Below the pieces are notes generated by a model. The model searched no databases and was not told the origin of the DNA. It saw only the letters and a program-made list of their open reading frames with translations. A stretch of 64,000 bases of DNA. Source: Octopus vulgaris (lineage: Eukaryota). The stretch lies in the NCBI GenBank assembly GCA_951406725.2, contig OX597843.1:8432001-8496000 (forward strand), read 5' to 3'. The translations under genes were made by a program, and so were the position numbers. Below are positions 14,740 to 29,029 of this stretch, piece by piece; the stretch's first letter is position 1, and every line of letters starts with the position of its first letter.

Positions 14740-14797
<58 letters not shown>

Positions 14798-15639
14798 ATG
14801 CATGTGTATATGTAGCTTAACAGACGGACAGCCGAACAAGCAGACGGACATACGGACATGAAAGATATGAAGAAACGAAGACGGCTGCGCCAGGAATTTG
14901 GCCGAACCAGTAGGACTGTTAGACCAACCGAACAATCGGATAGATAAAGCATAAAAGCGTAAAATGAAAACAAATACGAAAGGAATAAGAAGGGAAGGAG
15001 GAAAGAGGGAAGGGAATGTGAAAGAAGAGAAAGCGAAAGTGAAAGTAGGAAAGGGAGGGTAGTGTATGTAGTAGTAAGTATTGGCGTATGTGTGTGGGAA
15101 GGGTGTGTTTGTGTGTGTGTGTTTGTGTTTGTGTGTTTGTGTGTGTGTGAGGATGAATGCTGAACGAATAGAGTGAAGAAGAGACAAAATATGAACGATG
15201 TGTGTGTGGGGGTGGGGGAAACTAGGGGGGGAATATGAAAGGGGGTATATGGGCATGTGTGTGTAGAAGCCGGGGAGAGAGACAGGATGAAGAGGGTAAA
15301 AATACAATACAGGGGAGGAGAAAGTGCGAGATTATACATATATATATATATATATATTTATATACATATATATACACGCACACACGCACACACACACAAA
15401 TATATATATATATATATATATACACATACATGCCTACATACAAGTATATAGGAGAGAGGGAGGGAGAACGCTACAAAATAATATACATGTGGAAGGATAG
15501 AAAGAATATACAACTAAAAGAGAAATAGGAGACCTTGTGCGCGCGCGCAGGTGATTGTGTGTGTGTGTGTGTGTGTTTGTGTGTATGTACGTGCTGCAGG
15601 GGGATAGAAAAATGCTGAAAGAATATATAAAACGAAAGG

Positions 15640-15726
<87 letters not shown>

Positions 15727-16696
15727 CAGACAGAGAGACAGACAGAGGCAGAGAGACAGACAGAGAGAGACAGAGAGACAGAGAGAGAGACAGAGACACA
15801 GACACAGAGAGCAATTGGTTTACGGGGTTGTTGATAGACGAAAAGAGATAGAGAAAGGATATGAGAGAGAGAAAGAGAGAGATGCGTTGTGAGACAGATA
15901 GAGAGAGAGAGAGAGAGAGAGAAAGGAAGAAAGGAAGAAAGAGAGAACACAAGACAGAGAGAGAGAAGGAAGCAAAATCGTATGAAGAGAGAGTAAGAGG
16001 AATAGAACGAAAATAAGAATGGTTTTAAAGAATAACAAATAAAATAGATATCAAGGAATCAAACATACGAATGAAGAAACAGCAGAGGAGGGGAAAAAAC
16101 AATAAAAAAACAATAAGAAATAAAAGAAAAGCAAAAAGCACAGAAGAGTAAACAACTAAAGACAAATGTGAAAGTGAAAGTAGAAAAACTGGAAAAAGAA
16201 CAACAAAAACATCAGAGAAAAATACGATAAAAGACAGAGAGAGAAAAAAAATGAAGGCGAAATATAACAGCAACAACAGCAACAACGAAAACAACAACAG
16301 CGTGAATAAAAATGTATAAATGTATATATATATATAATAGAAAGAAAAAAAGATAAAGCAACAGCGAAGATCGCAACGACAACAACAACAACAACGACGA
16401 AGAGGAGGAGAAGGAAAGTGATGAAGAAGGAGAGAAAGAAGAAGCAGGAGGCGGGGGTGGGGGTTGGAGGAGAGAAAAAGCAGAGGGGGGCAAAAAGACT
16501 ACAGCGTCAGCGAAGGCAAGCAGGCAGACCACTTAAATGGCGGTTTTTTTCTATGAGGTAATTACAGAGAGAATCTGTCTTAGGAAACGATGCGTCGTAC
16601 AGTTTACAAACACCATGCATTTTTACCTCTAGACAGAGACAGAGAGGCAGACACACGGACAGACAGACACGTAGACAAGCCGTTTGTATTTCTGTA

Positions 16697-17102
16697 CGTA
16701 TGTACATATATGTATAAATATAGATACATGTGTGTGAGTGTGTGAGTGTGTGCGTGTTCAAGTCGGTGTAATTTCATGTACGTGTGTACGGGCGGTGAGT
16801 GTTATATTTATTTCGTGTTCACGTATGTACATATATGTATAAATATAGATACATGTGCATGTGTGTGAGTGTGCGAGTGTGTGAGTGTGTGCGTGTTCAA
16901 GTCGGTGTAATTTCATGTACGTGTGTACGGGCGGTGAGTGTTATATTTATTTCGTGTTCACGTATGTACATATATGTATAAATATAGATACATGTGCATG
17001 TGTGAGTGTGCGTGAGTGTGTGAGTGTGTGAGTGTGTGCGTGTTCAAGTCGGTGTAATTTCATGTACGTGTGTACGGGCGGTGAGTGTTATATTTATTTC
17101 GT
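16697..17102 (+). repeat. Three tandem copies of a ~125-140-bp unit
   Basis: CGTGTTCAAGTCGGTGTAATTTCATGTACGTGTGTACGGGCGGTGAGTGTTATATTTATTTCG occurs three times. Confidence 0.92.
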
Positions 17103-17339
17103 TCGTGCCGACAACACATACAACTTTCAGCCCGCGCATGTGCTTATTCGGGTTTTCTAGTTTTCTTCTTTTCAAAGACAATCATTCTTTTTTTTAGGTC
17201 AAACGAAGAATCTTCGAGTTTGTGTTGATTTTTCAACCGTTTGTCACCTACACAACCCAAACTAGTTCAGAAAATATTTTATTTGTAGAGGTAATGCTTT
17301 TTCCGTTTATTTCTTTATTATTATTATTACTATTATTAC

Positions 17340-17379
<40 letters not shown>

Positions 17380-17565
17380 GCCGGGTAAATGCCTGTCGGC
17401 ATTACGTCCGACTTCGCGTTCTGAGTTTAAATTCCACCGAGCTCGACTTTAACATTCATCGTTTCGGGGTCGATAAGATTGAGTACCAGTGAAATACTGG
17501 GGTCAATATAATCGACCAGTCCTCTAACCCCAAATTTCAGGCCTTGTGCCTTTAGTAGAAAGGAT
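17380..17565 (+). mobile_element. SINE-B with (ATT)n tail extending to about 17700
   Basis: GAGTTTAAATTCCACCGAG...GGGGTCGATAAG...CCCCAAATTTCAGGCCTTGTGCCTTTAGTAGAAAGGATTATT. Confidence 0.85.
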
Positions 17566-17595
17566 TATTATTATTATTATCATTATTATTATTAC

Positions 17596-17673
<78 letters not shown>

Positions 17674-17720
17674 CATCATCATCATCATCATCATTAATAT
17701 TGTTATTGTTGTTGTTGTTT

Positions 17721-17852
17721 CCGGGCACAATGCCTGCCAGCGTTTCGGCCGTCTTCAGGTTCTGAGTTCAAATTCCGCCGAGGTCGACTTTGCTTTTAAT
17801 CCTTTTTGAATCGAGAAAATAGGTACCAGTTGAGTATTGGGGTTGATATAAT
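17721..17852 (+). mobile_element. SINE-B fragment
   Basis: GAGTTCAAATTCCGCCGAGGTCGACTTTGC...GGTACCAGTTGAGTATTGGGGTTGAT. Confidence 0.78.
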
Positions 17853-18116
17853 GATCTTCTATAGTTATAATTGTTCCATTATTAATAATATTACTCGTAT
17901 TATTATTTAGCCTAATTAATCGCCATAATCAATGTATACCAACGTTAATAATTATAATTGTATTTTAACCATTGCAGTGGTCTATTTTCAAAAACATTTT
18001 ATTACCTACAATCATAATTTAGTAAAATTAATTTTAGTTAATAATGGTTATCTCTGTTAGTAGTTATTATCATTCACTACTATTACTTGTTGATATTATT
18101 CTATAGTACAATATAT

Positions 18117-18533
18117 GGATCTTTTCGGTTTGACTGGGAGTTTTTTTTTAAATAATTTCCACGTAACTAAAAAATTTTATACTTCGTATACTGGTAGAAT
18201 GTGTTTATAAAACATCTTTTTCTCTTGGCTTTATTGAGAAAATTCTACAGTTTGTAAGATATTTGTTGTTTTTTTTCTTCAATTTCTGCAATTTCAACCA
18301 ATCAATGACCTCTATTGAGGTGAAAATATTGTGTGCCGCATGAATATGTCCCTCGTTTAAGAAACAGATTGGGTTTATTTACATTTGTGAAGAAAAAAAA
18401 TACCCGTCCCCCACCCTTAACCCTAACCCTAAAACAGATTGAAATGCAATAGATCGATTCTAGGGTCATAATTATGGGTGACAATTTCATATGACACCGC
18501 TAGAAAAAACTGCCGTTCAAACCGAAAAGATCC
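18117..18533. mobile_element. MITE with ~30-bp terminal inverted repeats, superfamily unassigned
   Basis: Left GGATCTTTTCGGTTTGACTGGGAGTTTTTT; right AAAAAACTGCCGTTCAAACCGAAAAGATCC; internal CCTTAACCCTAACCCTAA; no clear TSD. Confidence 0.8.
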
Positions 18534-18539
18534 CCATTT

Positions 18540-18766
18540 CCTTCTCTCCGACTCAGGTCTTCACTTAGAGAGGTACCATCCACTCTTGATGTTTTCACAA
18601 CTTTCACCCACCTTTCAATAAACTTACTCTAGGACAACACTTCCCTCTCCGCCCTCAATTTCCTTTTCAAGCGAATCTTGAAAAACTTGATGGCAGCTCT
18701 ACCAAAGAGGACTGTATCCGCCCTCATGCCCTTCGACCCTTGTCCACCAAACAACCTCTTTCGCCA
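18540..18766 (-). pseudogene. Tx1/L1-clade LINE ORF2 C-terminal fragment
   Basis: Minus strand translates VAKEVVWWT / KGMRADTVLFGRAAIKFFKIRLKRKLRAEREVLS*SKFIERWVKV, with a frameshift and stop; homologous to 43900-44360. Confidence 0.7.
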
Positions 18767-18928
18767 CGAATTATTAATGTTCCATTATTACTCAATGCTG
18801 ATAGACCTACTACTACTACAACTACTATACTCTTTTACTCTTTTATTCGTTTCAGCCATGCGGTTGTGGTCATACTGGAGCACAAAATATTACAAAAATA
18901 GTACAATTACTATTATGATATTACCATA

Positions 18929-19149
18929 TACTCTTTTACTCTTTTACTTGTTTCAGTCATTTGACTGCGGCCATGCTGGAGCACCGCCTTTAGTCGAGCA
19001 GCTCGACCCCGGGCCTTATTCTTTTGTAAGCCCAGTGCTTATTCTATCGGTCTCTTTTGCTGAACCGCTAAGTAACGGGGACATAAACACACCAGCATCG
19101 GTTGTCAAGCAATACTAGGGGACAAACACAGACACACAAACAAACACAT

Positions 19150-19202
<53 letters not shown>

Positions 19203-19370
19203 TACGACGGGCTTCTTTCAGTTTCCGTCTACCAAATCCACTCACAAGGCTTTGGTCGGCCCGAGGCTATAGTAGAAGACACTTGACCAAGGTGCCACGC
19301 AGTGGGACTGAACCTGGAACCATGTTGTTGGTAAGCAAGCTACTTACCACACAGTCACTCCTACGCCTAT
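18929..19370 (-). mobile_element. SINE-A, full length
   Basis: (TACTCTTT)n tail, body, internal (CA)/(TA), head with GGTTCAGTCCC (B box) and TGACTGTGTGG (A box) on the minus strand. Confidence 0.92.
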
Positions 19371-19489
19371 ATACTATCTAATAATCATTCAACTGCTAAA
19401 ACTATTATAATATTATGAAATATTAACTTATATACTTAATACGTAACATCACAGCCCACTATCTAATTACGCTAAACATTAACTATCAT

Positions 19490-19631
19490 TATTAATAGTT
19501 ATCGCCAAGCTAATATGGCAGTCGAGAAAAATAGGACGAATGCTGCCGTTGGTTAGCTCCAACGGAATCAACGGCAGCATGTGTCCTATTTTTTCTGGAC
19601 TGTCATATTAGCTTGGCGTTAACTATTAATA
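19490..19631. repeat. Long imperfect palindrome with ~62-bp arms
   Basis: TATTAATAGTTATCGCCAAGCTAATATGGCAGTC...TGCTGCCGTTG pairs with CAACGGCAGCA...GACTGTCATATTAGCTTGGCGTTAACTATTAATA. Confidence 0.93.
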
Positions 19632-19696
19632 TCCAATACAGCTGCCGTAGTCTCCTTTAGAAAGACTTAGAAATATTAATATTTCTATTAACTATC

Positions 19697-20084
19697 TTTA
19701 CTCTTTTACTTGTTTCAGTCATTTGACTGCGGCCATGCTAGAGCACCGCCTTTAGTCGAGCAAATCGATCCGGGACTTATTCTTTGTAAGCCCAGTACTT
19801 ATTCTATCGGTCTCTTTTGCCGAACCGCTAAGTGACGAGGACGTAAACACACCAGCATCGGTTGTCAAGCAATGCTAGGGAGACAAACACAGACACACAA
19901 ACACATACACACACATATATATATACATATATACGACAGGCGTCTACCAAATCCACTCACAAGGCATTGATCGGCCCGGAGCTATAGCAGAAGTCACTTG
20001 CCCAAGATGCCACGCAGTGGGACTGAACCCGGAACCATGTGGTTGGTTAGCAAGCTACTTACCACACAGCCACTCCTGCGCCTA
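19697..20084 (-). mobile_element. SINE-A, near full length with a small internal deletion
   Basis: Same architecture as 18929; ends CACACAGCCACTCCTGCGCC. Confidence 0.92.
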
Positions 20085-20620
20085 TAAAGACAAGCAAATC
20101 AGTTAATAATTAACCAACAATTATTATTACAAACTAGTACTATTGCTAATAGCCTGTCTACGCGTTCGCAGTAATTCGTAAAACCAGAAGCCAAATCCCG
20201 TAGTCCGGAACAACAGTTCAAAATGGTAAAAAAAGAACAGGAATTGTGTATTGTACTGTAATGTCGGGATAGTCACAGCTGGAACGCGTTTCATCTTAGC
20301 TCTTTCTAATTAGGAGTGAACTGAGGCAAAATAAAATGGAGGACAACAGGTGTATTCCAATTGGTAGCTTTTAATTAGAAAGATAGTTAACTGACCTTAC
20401 TGATTAACTGATTTGCTTGTCTTAATATGTAATAATTCGGATGAATATATGTTAATAATTTTGAGAAAGACACAGAATGAGAGAGGGGGGAAAGAAGAGA
20501 GAGAGAGGGAGAGAGAGGGAGAGAGAGGGAGTGGAAACGAGAGAGAGGGAGAAATAAGGGGAGAGAGCGAGAGAAGAATAACGTAAAATGAACATGCGGA
20601 TATATGCATATATATATATA

Positions 20621-20762
<142 letters not shown>

Positions 20763-20779
20763 GAATATGTATATATAAG

Positions 20780-20814
<35 letters not shown>

Positions 20815-20832
20815 AGAATATGTATATATAAG

Positions 20833-20877
<45 letters not shown>

Positions 20878-21255
20878 CTACCTATATGTAATTGTACACC
20901 TACAGAAACAAATACACCGGCATATATATTTATGTATAAATATACATATGAGACAGATGCAATCACGAGTCTGTGTGTATGTATGCATGTACATACTCAT
21001 GCATACACACACATATGTACATCAATAAATGTATATATACATATGTATGTATATAAATGGCTGGCGATATGTACTCTTGTACGAGTGCCGTTACCGATTT
21101 AGCAAAATGGCGATTTATTTCTCTTTATGGGAAACAAATAAACAACAACAAAACAACAACAAAACAACAGTAATGACAACAACAGAAGTAATTGTGAAAT
21201 GAGTCTCTCAGGAGGTATGAGCATATCGTAATGTTGGAAATAATGGCTATGATGT

Positions 21256-21288
<33 letters not shown>

Positions 21289-21289
21289 C

Positions 21290-21340
<51 letters not shown>

Positions 21341-21906
21341 AATGATGATGATGATGATGATGATAATGATGATGATGATGATGATGATGATGATGGTGAT
21401 CGCAATCGTTGTCGTCATTATCACATGGCCTGAGATCTTCGTCGACAGGCGTTGATATTAAAATAAACCGTTAAACACATACTGTATGCCAATTAGTGTC
21501 TCCATTTTTCTGGTCCTACTCTATTCGTTGAGTATATAAACAAATTGGCAGCTTGTATCTCTAGGATTAGTGAGATTGGTGTAAACACCCCTGATGAGAG
21601 CGCAATAAGGATCGAAAATCGAATAAGTCGGATCATGTTTTTTTTTCTTCAATGCACAGAGAGATAGTTAAGTTTGCCTTGTTATTATGTCTACTATGTA
21701 GAAAACATTTATTATTATATCATATATTGATAATCTGGGTACTAAGATACCAGTTCGCAGGCTGCTGATTAGAAATATATTGCTTAAACAATTATGGTAT
21801 GCAAATTAGAAATTCCAGCTTTCTGAAGTTGCAGGATTTATTGAACACATAAGCAGACTGGCAGCTTATTTCTATGGGATTTGTTAATCCTATGAAGATA
21901 CCGCTA

Positions 21907-22190
21907 GTGAAGGTGCATGGGCATGGCTCAGTGGTTAGAGCGTCGGGCTTTCAATCATGAGGTACTGAGTTCGATACTTGAAACCGGGCTATGTGTTGTG
22001 TTCTTGAGCAAGACACTTGATTTTATGTTGCACCAGTTCACTCATGAAATAAGTTGTGACACCACTGACGCCAAGCTGTATCGGTTTTTGCCTTTCCTTT
22101 GGATAACATCAGTGATGTAGAGAGGAGAGGCTGATATGCATAGGTGAATCCTGGTCTTCCATAAACAACCTTGCCCGGACTCGTGCCTCG
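21907..22190 (+). mobile_element. SINE family C (tRNA head plus TTCTTGAGCAAGACACTT core)
   Basis: TGGCTCAGTGG (A box), GAGTTCGATAC (B box); homologous to the minus-strand copy at 40615-40957. Confidence 0.85.
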
Positions 22191-22224
22191 TGCGTCCTAG
22201 CGACAATTTAAACTTCATTTAATG

Positions 22225-22924
22225 AAGAGGACAACAAATATTAAGGCAAGGCAAATATCTCAAGTCATATTCATTATTATAATTGGAAAAAATTTTAAAC
22301 CCTACAGCTGTTTCTAGGATATCACAGAAACAGCGGTAAGACATTGAATTTTTTCAAATTATAACTAACTAGCAGTATCGCCCGGCGTTGCTCGGGTTTG
22401 TAAGGGAAATAACTATATAAGCATTTTTAGAGAGTTACTTCCCTTACAGATGCCAATTCGGGCTTTCTTAGCCATTTCTGTTTTGGTGTCTTCAAGCCAT
22501 GAAGTCGTTGTTCTAAAAGAACGCTGGTCTCCTTGACAACGCTTTACGACGTTGATTTCCTTACACTCCCTTCCCCACAGCTTCACGAGGGAGGGAAGGG
22601 AGAGAAGCAACACAGGTGCAGGTGTGACCATGGACGCCAACTCCACCGCCATCGACACACGAAAAAATATGCATTAAAATGTAATAAAAAATGATGTTAA
22701 ATTATTTTTAAAATCGTAGACTCATCGTTGACGCGCGCTAATACCTAGACGGGCTCAATATGAATCACGACTATAAGATACCCGAATTTGGTTAAACTGC
22801 ACCGCAAAATGTGGGAGTAGTTAGGAATCTAAATCGAAGGGGACAGACACTCACACAACTACAGTTTTATATATATAGATATTACTTGAGATGTTTACCT
22901 TGCCTTAACGTCTGTTGTCCTCTT
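22225..22924. repeat. Diverged spacer-less palindrome centred at 22320|22321, with its right arm split by a Helitron
   Basis: AAGAGGACAAC...AAGGCAAGGCAAATATCTCAAGT pairs with ACTTGAGATGTTTACCTTGCCTT...GTTGTCCTCTT; inner TACAGCTGTTTC pairs with GAAACAGCGGTA. Confidence 0.8.
22369..22879 (-). mobile_element. Non-autonomous Helitron
   Basis: Minus strand: host A, 5' TCTATATATATAAAACTG..., 3' hairpin CCCGAGCAACGCCGGG, then CGATACTG-CTAG and host T. Canonical TC...CTAG ends at an A^T site with no TSD. Confidence 0.85.
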
Positions 22925-23077
22925 TAAAAAATTTATATCCCCTATACCGGAAATCTGCAATGGCTCCATAACTACCGTCTCGGCTATAACCTTGGAGCCC
23001 CAGTAATCCGTTACAACACTTACCTAGCGTACCTAATCCTTTAGATCGCCTGTGAACTTAACCCCCGTACTTTTTAC

Positions 23078-23135
<58 letters not shown>

Positions 23136-23154
23136 ACATGACAGGCTTATATAT

Positions 23155-23318
23155 ATGACAGGCTTCTTTCAGTTTCCGTCTACTAATCCACTAGCAAGGC
23201 TTTGGTCGGCCCGAAGCTATAGTAGAAGACACTTGCACGATGTACCACATAGTGGGACTGAACCCGGAACCATGTGGTTGGGAAGCAAGCTACTTACCAC
23301 ACAGCCACTCCTGCACCT
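23155..23318 (-). mobile_element. SINE-A 5' half
   Basis: GGCTTCTTTCAGTTTCCGTCTAC...GGGACTGAACCCGGAACCATGTGG...CAGCCACTCCTGCACC. Confidence 0.88.
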
Positions 23319-23851
23319 ATATATATATATATATAATAACATGTATATATGTATATATATGTATATGTATATGTATATATATATATGCATATATGTATTT
23401 AAGTATGTATTATGTATGTATATATGTATATGAGGCATATGTGCGAGTGTGGGTGTGTGTATACAAACAAATGTACACATATTTAGACACACCGGATTAA
23501 AGGAAATCGATTCAAACAAAATCACTAAAAAAATACGCTATTGTATGTACTTGCACACACATGCGCAATCACATAACAATAACATGTGATATTATATGCG
23601 TACATATGTGTATGTATATATATATATGTATATATATACATATATATATATGGGTACGTATATATACATATAAAAATATATATGTGTATGTGTGTGTGTA
23701 TGTCTATGTGTGAATGTATGTATTTATATGTGTGTATACATGTATATTGTCATGAGTTGTACACCATGTATATTTGTATATACAAATGCACATGCATTCA
23801 CATGTAGAGCCTAATTTATCATCTCAGAATGAGAGCCGAAATTATATGTAT

Positions 23852-23989
<138 letters not shown>

Positions 23990-24002
23990 CATATATATAT
24001 AT

Positions 24003-24056
<54 letters not shown>

Positions 24057-24331
24057 GCATAATTGTGTGCGTGTTTGTATATGTGTGAGTGTCTTTGTGT
24101 ATGTCTGAGCGAATGTGTGTATGTGCGTGTGCGTGCATGTGTGTATAGGTATATTACACGTTTCCTTCTATATTTTGAAGCTGAAATATATGTTAAATGA
24201 ATGCGTCTCAACAATCACTCACAGCATGACGCATATAGAAAACCACATAAACACATGCACATATACACATACGTATACATGCACACATACATACATACAT
24301 ACATACATACATACATACATACATACATACA

Positions 24332-24362
<31 letters not shown>

Positions 24363-24699
24363 GTATATATATTTGAAATACATATACATACGCACGGGTA
24401 TTTTTTATTTGCATTTTAACACATATACACATATAACAAATATACAGTAAACACTCAACGTTGCTTGCATATATCCATACATATATATATATACACGTAT
24501 ACACGAAGATATGTGAGTGCATGTATGTGTGTATAAGCAAGTGAGTGTATATAAAAAACATTATTCGTTAAGCTATGAAGTAGAACACATCGGTGCGATC
24601 ATGATTTACCGGAAGGCAGCAATCAGCGCACAGTTACACTCACACACACACCTGCCTGTATGTGTATATGTGTGTATATGTGCAAGTATATATATATAT

Positions 24700-24773
<74 letters not shown>

Positions 24774-24817
24774 ACATATATATATATACATATACATAAA
24801 TATAAACATATATATAT

Positions 24818-24875
<58 letters not shown>

Positions 24876-24998
24876 ATAAGGAGATATATAGGTATATTTA
24901 TATGTATACATGCAGATAAGCATATATATATACGAATAGGTGCACATATATATAAATATATAAATATAAATATGTATACGCATGCATATATATCTGTG

Positions 24999-25049
<51 letters not shown>

Positions 25050-25050
25050 C

Positions 25051-25130
<80 letters not shown>

Positions 25131-25210
25131 GTATGTATATATACATGTGCAGGTATAAGTACTTACCACATATATTACCACATATATGAATATATATATA
25201 TATGTGCACA

Positions 25211-25255
<45 letters not shown>

Positions 25256-25579
25256 TCGTATATGTATATACATATATATATATATATATATGTGTGTGTA
25301 TATATGTATGTATGTATATGTTTGTATGCATGTATGTGAGTGTGTATGTATGCACGCACATGTGCCACTGTGTATGTATATGTACTTATGTATACATACG
25401 TGTCTACTAATCAGTTCGTCTCTTTGTATGTATCTGTTGTTGTCGCCATATTTTTTTTTACCACTCTCTATTACAAGAGTCGCATTTAACATATGATTTC
25501 TTTTCACTGAACTCATTTTACGAATCACGCGTCGCAATGCATTCTGGGTGATTTATACACACATACAAATAACGATGAA

Positions 25580-25743
25580 TGTGTGTGTGTGTGTGTGTGT
25601 GTGTGTGTCTGCGTGTCTACGTTTGTACGCCTTTGAGCGTGTGTGTGTGTGTATGTGTGTGTGTGTGTGTGTCTGCGTGTGTACGCCTTTGAGTGTGTGT
25701 GTGTGTGTGTGTATGTGTGTGTCTGCGTGTGTACGCCTTTGAG

Positions 25744-25774
<31 letters not shown>

Positions 25775-25865
25775 CTGCGTGTGTAAGTGTGTGTGTGTGT
25801 GTGTGTGTCTGCGTGTGTACTCCTCTGAGCGTGTGTGTGTGTGTGTATGTATGTGTGTGTGTGTT
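25580..25865. repeat. (GT)n array punctuated by a repeated GTCTGCGTGTGTACGCCTTTGAG unit
   Basis: About five imperfect copies are visible. Confidence 0.8.
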
Positions 25866-26081
25866 ACCTGATCAGCGAATGTTGACGGTTCTCAGAGCTT
25901 AAGCAGACGGTAATAACAGCTGTATAAGGTGTTTGTGTATGTGTGATTGCACATATATATATGTGTGTGTGCACGCTAGTATGCGTGTGTGTGTGTATGT
26001 GTGTGCGTTTTTGTTTATGTATGTATGTATGTATGTATATATATATATATATATATGTATATGAGTAAGTATGAATGTATC

Positions 26082-26132
<51 letters not shown>

Positions 26133-26513
26133 CTTTATATGTGTATCAGTATATATGTGTGCGTGTTTATGAATACACAAAAACACACAGATATACATAC
26201 ATATATATATATATAATTACATACATGCTCATGCATTTATCTATATATAATTAGACACCTGCACACAAATATTGACATACATGCACACATACATACATAT
26301 ATACATATATATGCCTGCATATAATCATACACAAATATATAGGTATGCATGCACATATATATATAAATACATATATAAGAGTCTCTCTCTCTATGTATAT
26401 ATGTATACACACACACATACACGTACACATATACATGTATATAAGCATGTACATAGAAAGAAATATATGTATGTATATACACATGTGTGTGTGAGTGTGT
26501 GTGTATATCTATA

Positions 26514-26549
<36 letters not shown>

Positions 26550-26857
26550 CATATATATATCTATATACATATATATATATATGAGTATGTACTAAGTTTA
26601 TTGGTATGCGATGAAGTCAATGTTATTCGAATCTATTTGACAATTTATATTGTGCAAGTACCTTAATATATATTGTCATAGTAACAGAACCATTGCAGTT
26701 GTTGTTGCTATTGTTGTTGTTGATAGTAGTGGTGGCGTCGGTTGTCCTGTTCCTGTTAATTTTTCTTTTGTTGAGTTTTTTCCTTATGTTGTTTTATTAC
26801 CCCTTGTTCTATACAGCTTATTTTTATCCATCAATATTTTGATCTATCCATCCATCC

Positions 26858-26908
<51 letters not shown>

Positions 26909-26970
26909 CATCCATCCATCCATCCATCCATCTATCTATCTATCTATCTATCTATCCATCCATCCATCCG

Positions 26971-27048
<78 letters not shown>

Positions 27049-27065
27049 CATCCATCCATCCATCC

Positions 27066-27112
<47 letters not shown>

Positions 27113-28532
27113 CATCCATCCATCCATCCATCTATCTATCTATCTATCTATCTATTTATCTGTTTTGTTGTTCTTTTTAACAACTCTAGTTACCATGGTA
27201 ATTTTTTTTGTTAATTTATATATACATAGGACAGTAGGGTATGATTGGATGGTGATTAGCTGCTATTTCTACCAAACGAAGCTACCATGTTCAGGTTTCC
27301 CCCAGAAGCTTATACATATCGAGCAATTATAAGACAACTATCCACTCATACATGTATAGATAAATACATAGATAAATATGTACATACATATATATAGGCA
27401 TTAATTCATCCACACATAATCTCAGACATACATACACATACAAATATGTATGTATATACACAGATTCATGCACAAATGCATACGCACATACACATGAATA
27501 ATTCATACACACGTACATACATGAATATGCACATATATGCACACTGAATACTTTCATAATCACATACACATGCATAGACGCATAAAAACTTACGAACGCG
27601 TTCACTACACATACGTACGTATATACATATTTACACGCATACATTCATACACACATACACGTCCACTCTCACAGCCACATATACAAACACTCACACACGT
27701 ACACACACACACAAACACACGCACACACACACACATTTATCTAACCAATTCATATCTCAATCTCTGTTTCACTCACAAAGAAATAATTAAATTTTAAAAA
27801 AATTTAGCAGACATCCGCACTTCCTACCCACCTCTTAATCTCTCCCCATCTTCTTCTTCTTGTTCTTCTTCTCCACCTCCATCAGCCTCCCTTTTCTTAC
27901 TGCCTCGCTTATAATTATTATTTTACTTCATGTTAGTTATTTTTTTTTTCTCTCTTGCTCTTTTTGCCGTATATATATTAGAGTGGTGGTCGTTATTGGA
28001 AGGGCGGATATTAATTATAATATAGAAGAATTCAACCAATATCTGATCAATAACGAAGCATTGTGTTCGAAAAATGTGTAATGATTCATTATTGAAAAAA
28101 AAAACATATTTAAAAAAACAAAACACCAACCTAATAAGTCTATGTTTACATGCATATATAGGTATGTATATATAGGTGTATATATGTGTGTGTATGTGTG
28201 TTTATACGTTGAAAAAACGAGTGTACTACGATGTATTGTAGTGCAAAATAATATAATCATAACGTTCGTTCGTCGGTTATGTTTTCTGTTTCAGCCAAAG
28301 CGGATGAGGCCTATCTGGAGCAGCGTGGTCATTTGGGAAAATAATGAATGTAAAATATGCAAGCATGTGTATATGTCGGTGTGTACGTGTATATATAGGG
28401 AATAGATAGGCATGAGGATATAGATAATTTTACGTATAAACGTTTAGTCATACATGCATACATATATATATGCGTATTTGTACACACACACACACACTGA
28501 CACACACACACACATATATGTATATATGGAGT

Positions 28533-28601
<69 letters not shown>

Positions 28602-28682
28602 GGAGATTTAGGCATACATATATGCAAATATCCATATTATATAGTGAGTCTGCACGTGTGTTCGAATATATATAGATACATA

Positions 28683-28750
<68 letters not shown>

Positions 28751-28819
28751 CTTTTCCATACATATTTATATACTATAACAGATATAAATATATATGTATA
28801 TATATACTTATATCTATTT

Positions 28820-28985
28820 AGGCGCAGGAGTGGCTGTGTGGTAAGTAGGTTGCTTACCAACCACATGGTTCCGGGTTCAGTCCCACTGCGTGTCACCTTG
28901 GTCAAGCGTCTTCTACTATAGCCTCGGGCCGGCCAAAGCCTTATGAGTGGATTTGGTAGACGGAAACTGAAAGAAGCCCGTCGTA

Positions 28986-29029
<44 letters not shown>

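Noticed and set aside
18412-18432. Interstitial telomere
   Set aside because: Only about three hexamers, lying inside a MITE.
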